A stretch of 64,000 bases of DNA. It comes from Podarcis tiliguerta (lineage: Eukaryota). This document shows positions 57,837 to 64,000 of this stretch, one piece after another. The stretch is taken from the NCBI GenBank assembly GCA_965153285.1, contig OZ229119.1; one strand, written 5' to 3'. Both the position numbers and the translations under genes were made by a program. Each line of letters begins with the position of its first letter. Positions within the stretch are counted from its first letter, which is position 1. Below the pieces are notes generated by a model. It had not been told where the DNA came from. It saw only the letters and a program-made list of their open reading frames with translations, and did no database searches.

Positions 57837-59835
57837 GGGTACATGTTCATACAAAACTGACAAAATGGGCAACGGTCAGGTACTAGACCTCTCCATTCAG
57901 CATCTTAGCCAAAAAACCTTTTGTTCAATTGACCTCTTCAAGTTCTGCCTGCACAATGAACAAGATGCCATCAAGGATGCCAGGAACAATGAACGAGATA
58001 TTCAAGTCTATTTGCTTTGCTTGGCGTTCGCAATTTCCATCGTGCAATGCAAACAGTGCTTCAGAATCCTGACTGTGCATCACGATCCTATGAATATTTA
58101 CTCAGAACTGAGTCCCGCCCTATTGAGTGGGACAAGTCTGAACCCAGCAACCTAAATATTAAGGCTATGTATTGTGCTAATGCTAGGCCATGCCAATGCA
58201 AAAATGTGGTGCTGCCGATTAGCTGGCCTTTGTTTTATAAGGCTTATACACCTTCATTTTGAAAGCTCAAAAGCCAGCGTTAGCAAGTTCTGGTGGCCAT
58301 TATGCCTCCCACCTAAGCTCCCTGCTGCAATCCATGTCTTCGCCTACTCGCTTCTCCTGTGCACGGCAGGACAATACTAGAATTCCATTTGCTGCGGCAG
58401 GCAGCAGGCAACCTGATGCTCAAAGTAACTTGTGGAGCAGCAGAGGCTCTCTTGGCACTGCTGAGGTTTTCCCAGGAGACAAGCTGGATCTCAGGTGGAG
58501 ATTGACTCAGCAACCCCTACCAGGTTTGGATCTGGGGAGATATAGGTTCAAATGCCCACTTCGCCATGAAGCTTATTGGGCAGCCTTGGGCATAAGCACT
58601 TTCTCTCAGCCTAAAAAAATGATAGCAAAGAGTTGTTCTGAAGATAAATTAAGAATTTGCAGAGCACTCTGTGCACCTGAAGGTTTCCACAGAACCTTTT
58701 ACAAGTTGGGTTGGGCAGAGCTAGAAGAGAAAAGCTTCTATTTCAACAATCTGGGGGTGGAGGAGAGAAGAGTCACCGCTTCCCAGTGCTCAGAGGGTAA
58801 ACATCCAATTTATTTGCGTTTACCCCCGGGGGCATTCTGAAAAGCTCAGCTATCAGACTGTCATCTGCACACTGCTATTCTATCAATTAGGAAGCGGTGA
58901 GCAACACAAAAGTAGGACATAAACCTGTCAGAATATAGGTTACGAAGGATTTGAGAAAGCACCATCAAGTGCCCTTATCTTTTGCAGCCTCCTTTCCCAA
59001 CGCAAATGCAAAGAACACAAGAGAAGGAAAGATGAGCACCATGGGGTATCCTTTAGGGGTGCATTGAATGCTCAGTGCTCCTTGCAGATCTGGAAAGGGT
59101 GCCCCGGGAGGGGAATATATGTGAGGAGGAGATCAAGACACAGCAATTGTATACAAGATTTAATATCCAACTACAGAAGCAGCAGCATGTTTTATAAGAA
59201 CAATCTGTTTCACACACTGAAAAATATGTCTGAGAATTCATTCACTGGAGCAAATCCAGAATCATATCTGTAACAAAATATCTCGTCATTTGCAAACATT
59301 AAACTGAAGCACTGTAAAAAAAATCACTTTGGATTCTGCTTCTTTCTGCAGTATTCAGCGGGCAGCCACTGGTAGGATCCAGGCATGCTATTCTATATTA
59401 GCAGCATACCACATATCCAGGATGAGAGGCAGAATATAATAAAACATCATAAGCATATTAGCAACATGGCAGATGCAGCTACACACAAAAGCCAAAGCTC
59501 AAAACCAAAACCCTCCAAAGGGCTTAGCTACATGAAGGGTAAATATGATGCCCTCCAAATATTGTTGGGCTCCAGTCCCCATCATAATTCACCTTTGGTC
59601 GTGCTGGCTCTGGCTGATGAGAGCAACAGTCTAAGAACAGACTGAGGCCACAATACTGGATACCCCTGGATATACTGCCCCAAATAGGCAGGAGGGTGGC
59701 ATAGTGAATACATCATTATCACACTGCAATCTTGTACATGTCTTCTCATAAGTAATCTCCGTTGACTTTGAATGGGACTTACTCCTAGGTGAGTGTTTAT
59801 TAGACCACAGCCTTGGTCTAGGGTTTGGGATAAGG

Positions 59836-59943
59836 CAGGCATCCCCAACCTGCGGCCCTCCAGATGTTTTGGCCTACAACTCCCATGATCCCTAGCTAGC
59901 AGGACCAGTGGTCAGGGATGATGGGGATTGTAGTCCAAAACAT
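59836..59943. mobile_element. Truncated fold-back hAT MITE, same family
   Basis: CCCTCCAGATGTTTTGGCCTACAACTCCCATGATCC...GGATGATGGGGATTGTAGTCCAAAACAT. Confidence 0.75.
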
Positions 59944-60149
59944 TCTTCTCTTATAATATTGCGTTCTTATAATATGTAATCAAAGTAGCACCAGGCGAAG
60001 AAGCTCCGTGTCAGAAGCAAGTTCCATTCGTTGTGCAGCCATGTAGACAAGACATGAAGCAGAAAAGAATAAAGAGTGGAGGCAAATATAACAAGGCAGT
60101 AAGAGGTATAGTTTCCTCAACAGAGGGTAGGACAATCCGCTTCCAGGCT

Positions 60150-60720
60150 TAATTCAAAGTGCTGGGTTTGACCTTTGAAATTCTGCATAGCATAGAACCT
60201 TCAGATCTAAATGAATGCCGTTTCCCATACATACAAGCCCATGCCCAAAGATCATTACTGAAGGCCTTTCTACAATCACCAATGCAAACAGAAGTGTGCA
60301 AGATTACGATGATGAAAAGAGCCTTCTCAGTGGTGGCCCTGTATTATGAAACACTATGCCTAGAAGAGGCGCATCTGGCACATATGTTGATAGCCTTTCA
60401 GTGCCAAGGAAAAACAACTTCTATTCTCCCAGGTCTTTCAACATCCTCTCATTCTTAATTAATATTATTAGTATACATCTACATTCATTGGGGCTGTCTT
60501 GCTCTTTGCTCTTATGTTTTTAGCTCTTACGAGGTGGTTTCTGCTCTCCATGTGACAAGGTGAATTTGAGTGTAATGGTTATTAGATATAAACAATCTGT
60601 GCAGTTTGGGAATGTGTTGCATTTATATTGAATTATTTGTATTTTATCATTTTGTAACTTTTTGTTGCACATTGTCCAGAGATCAGTGTTACGGGGCGAT
60701 TATCAAATGCTAAATAATAG
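60150..60720 (+). mobile_element. Degraded L2 3' end
   Basis: FKVLGLTF..L, RAFSVVA motifs and AT-rich tail. Confidence 0.6.
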
Positions 60721-62249
60721 TAAATCCAATAGTTAATCTGTAAGAGGATCCACATGGAATCACTGGTGTTGGCTTCAAGAGTCAAATGACATACCTACAG
60801 GCAATAAAGAGAGTTGCAAAGGTCACGTTCAAGTTCAACAGTAAAGAATAGCAAGAGTGTCTTGAACATAAATTTCATGGGAAGTAAATGTTTAATGGAG
60901 TTACAAGTATAATTAAGGTTTTAAGGCTGCAATCCTACAAACACTGGAAGCCAGCTCCATTGCAAGTAAATAACAGGATCAACACAAATGCCACACTATA
61001 GTCACTATCAGAGAACTAAAAGAGACACTATGGTTTAAGTTGACAAATTTGGGGGGGAAAACTAGTTTAATGCAATATGCCATAGGAAAAGTCATTCATG
61101 TAGTGCAAGGAGGTGTGTGTGAGAGAGCACAGCAGTTACAGCAACCGATTCGGGGGCTTTGCAGATTCATCCACCCCAAAAACTTAATCTGCAGGCAACC
61201 TCATGTTCCAAAATCATCTAACACAGTATCAAACAAGGCCCCTAACCTTGGAGCTTGTCATAGTGATGGCAGTAGCTTCTTCATGCCTCAATTTACTTCT
61301 GTAGAAAGATATGTTTTTAAACATGCATGCTAAAGAAGCTGTCAAAACCAACCTCAACCCTTTATTACTTATTGTCCATGCAAGTGACCTGCTTTCAAAA
61401 ACAACATCCAGATATTCCCCCTCTGGCATCTGTGATAAATGGTATTGGATTCCAGAGAGAAACAAGGGTATGTCTAGATTCAGGGCCTTTCTATTCTAGA
61501 CCCTCCTAGGGTATTGTTTGTTATATGCTCAACTTGACCAAAAAAAACCCCCAACAACCTAAATTTGCAACTACTGGGGTTGGTATTCAGCTAACTTGGA
61601 CTCAGAGTAGATCCACTAAAATGAACCTTAGTTAATTAATTTCAATGGGTCGGCTCTTGAGTAAAATTTAGGTGCATACTATTCCAGTTTCCCCAAATAT
61701 CTGCAAAATGAGAGCTTTTCAGAATGTGTGACAAATATGTGTAGAGCTCTTAAACCTTTTTTTAAAAAAAATGTTTCAGATAATCCCAAAAAATAATATA
61801 TAAAATGTTGCAGGACTGAACTTGTATAGCAGCTACTAGATAACATGAGAAGAGTTTGTGGTGCTAACTAAAAAACGGGCAAAATATTTTTCCTCTCTCT
61901 TACCAACACAGAAAATGATTCATTTTGCATTTTGTGCGTCTATATAAAATCAAGATCAAGGTGAAAACCCTTTTGCTGCTTAGTCCTGGGACTCAGGATG
62001 CGATGGGTAGTAGGTACCCGACATCAAGAACCTTTTTATAAAGCCGGAGGAAATGCGGGCCTGCTGATCAGGGAAGACGAAAAGTGCAAAAGACCCGAAC
62101 AGACACCGAGCAGAGGAGAGCTTTGCACCTTAATTCACCACCAAAATCATCATTACTAAGGTGTAGACCAGAGCACCTTCCTCCATTAGTTTAGAATGAC
62201 TGCTGTGACACGATCCTCTTTCTTTGTGGCATCGATCACGATCATTCCG

Positions 62250-63100
62250 CAGCTATTTCTTGCGAGGGGCGTCTCACCAGCGGACAGCATGAGCTACGTA
62301 GTGATTAAATACATCTCCGTGGTCTAGTTTAACACGCCGGAGGACCTTGCTCCCGGAAGGGCGCGACGCCGGCAACCCCCCGCGCGCTCCCCCAAGTTTG
62401 CAGAGACAAGTTCTCGGCCGCCTCGCTCAGCCTGCCTACGCGAGCAGCGAAGAAAGCGAGGGCGATCCGCACTCGCTCCCCGCAGCCGCGCGGTCCTTCC
62501 CGATTCCAGGCAGCGGATCGCCCAAGCGCGCGCTCTCCCGCGGATACGGGGCTGCAGCAGGAGTCCGATCCCCGCCACCTGCTGCTGCCGCCGCCGCCCC
62601 CCTCCCTGGTCTATCCACCGGGGCTCCCGGGACCTCACGCTTCCTCGGGGCCTGGCTCTCCCGAAGGACTTCGGCGTTTCCATTCTCGCCCTCCTCCTCC
62701 TCCTTCTCCCTCGGCTGCATTTGCAGGATCGGAAGCGCTCAGAACTACGGAGCAGTTTGCTGCCAGCCTGGCAGTTTGCAGGCAGCGCGATCTGGGGCTC
62801 GGTAAAGCCAACCCGCCCGTCGAGAAGCAGCTTGGGATCGCACGGGGTGGAAGCTGCCCGCTTCCTCGCTCTCGAGCCCCTGGGAAGGAACCTCACCTGC
62901 ATTGCCCGGAAAAGGGCACCCGGCGTCTCCAGTCGCCCGAGCAGCAGCAGCAGCTCACTCTGGCGAGGCTGTCATGCTGGAGCCGCTCTTCCTTTTCCCG
63001 GCAGCTTTCCCCAGCGGACTGGCCTCGCTTGCTAAGCAAACCAGCATGCCCTGCACGGGCGCGTCATTTCCTCCGTGCGCTTCCCAGAGGCCTCTGTTTT
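62250..63100. promoter_or_regulatory. CpG island, probable CCDC134 promoter and non-coding first exon
   Basis: CpG-dense block about 11 kb upstream of the first coding exon, which itself begins with a splice acceptor; minus-strand donors CAG|GTGAGG (62896) and CTG|GTGAGA (about 62277). Confidence 0.7.
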
Positions 63101-64000
63101 GTAGTTCTTCCAGCTTGGTAGATCTCTCCCCATCACCACGCTTACTGAGCTGTAAGCAGGGGAAACAGCCACGTTTACTAATAGGGGGGATGCCAGGTGC
63201 TGATTTGCATGGTGGGTGGTGAATTTTAAAAAACCAGAAACCCACACACAGAATTTCGGGAGCAATTACTGTACTGCACATACTGGGAGAAGCAGCGTGT
63301 AAATCATAATAAGCATTGAAAGGCAATTAGAGGAGTTCTTTAGACTGCGCGCAAGTTTGGTCCGGGGAAGCGGGGTGAGCGCAGGAAGCAATTAGTGATT
63401 AATGAGAACACCTGCTTGCTGTTTAATCAGTTGCAATAATAATTAGCAAGCACAGGTACTCTGTCTCTGTTATAAATATGAAGGACGCTGCTACCAATAT
63501 CCATCTGGCTTGACTGGGACATGAGAGGTGCCTCGCTTTACAAGACCCACAAATTGCATGATCACAGCAGGCAAAAAAAAGTGCATTGCTGGACGTTACT
63601 CCCAAAGTAAGACATGTTGAGGTCACTGGGATTTACCCGTAGGTGAGTGAGAATAGGATTTCCAGCCTTTCCAGTCACTTATGAGCAATAAATTATTAAA
63701 TTTTATTTGTTGCTTTTTTAAATTAGAGACTTGGAAGTGATTATGTTTCACTCAACCACAAGATGAGCACCAAAACCACAATTCCCAATCATAGCTAAGA
63801 CCAGCTGCCTGAGTGAAGAGGAATGTCCTATTACCAAATGCAAAAAGCAAGCAATGCTTTGCACTTAACGGGTCTATCACCCTCTGAGCACTCCTAGGAG
63901 CTGCACATGGGAAATGGTCTCAAATGACCATTGTAGGTTTTAGGTAGGTTCATACAAAGAGAGGTAGTCCTTGAGATACTGGAATCTTGAGCGGTGTAAG

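Noticed and set aside
58259-58840. 193-aa plus-strand ORF
   Set aside because: Non-ATG start, no recognisable protein family, overlaps SINE-like decayed sequence.
62324-63326. Several overlapping 100-190 aa ORFs on both strands
   Set aside because: Typical stop-poor frames of a CpG island; low-complexity R/G/A/P content with no recognisable domain.
51189-64000. Exons of MEI1, the gene upstream of CCDC134 in mammals
   Set aside because: No recognisable MEI1 coding exons here; if synteny holds it lies beyond the window.

Overview
Vertebrate genomic DNA from a squamate reptile, judged by its Sauria SINEs and L2/CR1/RTE relics. Two complete protein-coding genes lie in tandem on the minus strand. 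CCDC134 has 6 coding exons (51178 to 43054, 229 aa) and a probable CpG-island promoter at about 62.3-63.1 kb. SREBF2 has 19 exons (37424 to 6172, 1119 aa) and a CpG-island promoter with an SRE and an NF-Y box. All exon boundaries were read by hand (GT-AG, phases consistent). Several features are absent from the ORF track. SREBF2 intron 16 holds the miR-33a hairpin (10220-10288) and, about 300 bp further along the transcript, a TSD-flanked processed RPL36 pseudogene that brings a sense-strand AATAAA. CCDC134 has a GT-AG U12-type (minor spliceosome) intron. The SREBF2 3' region has three miR-33 seed matches, two inside a MITE. The SREBF2 exon 10/11 junction regenerates a strong 5' splice site. 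A solo LTR is nested in an RTE tail about 1 kb upstream of the SREBF2 promoter. Most ORFs in the supplied track are chance, antisense or exon read-through frames. Comparisons with human are from memory and were not computed.
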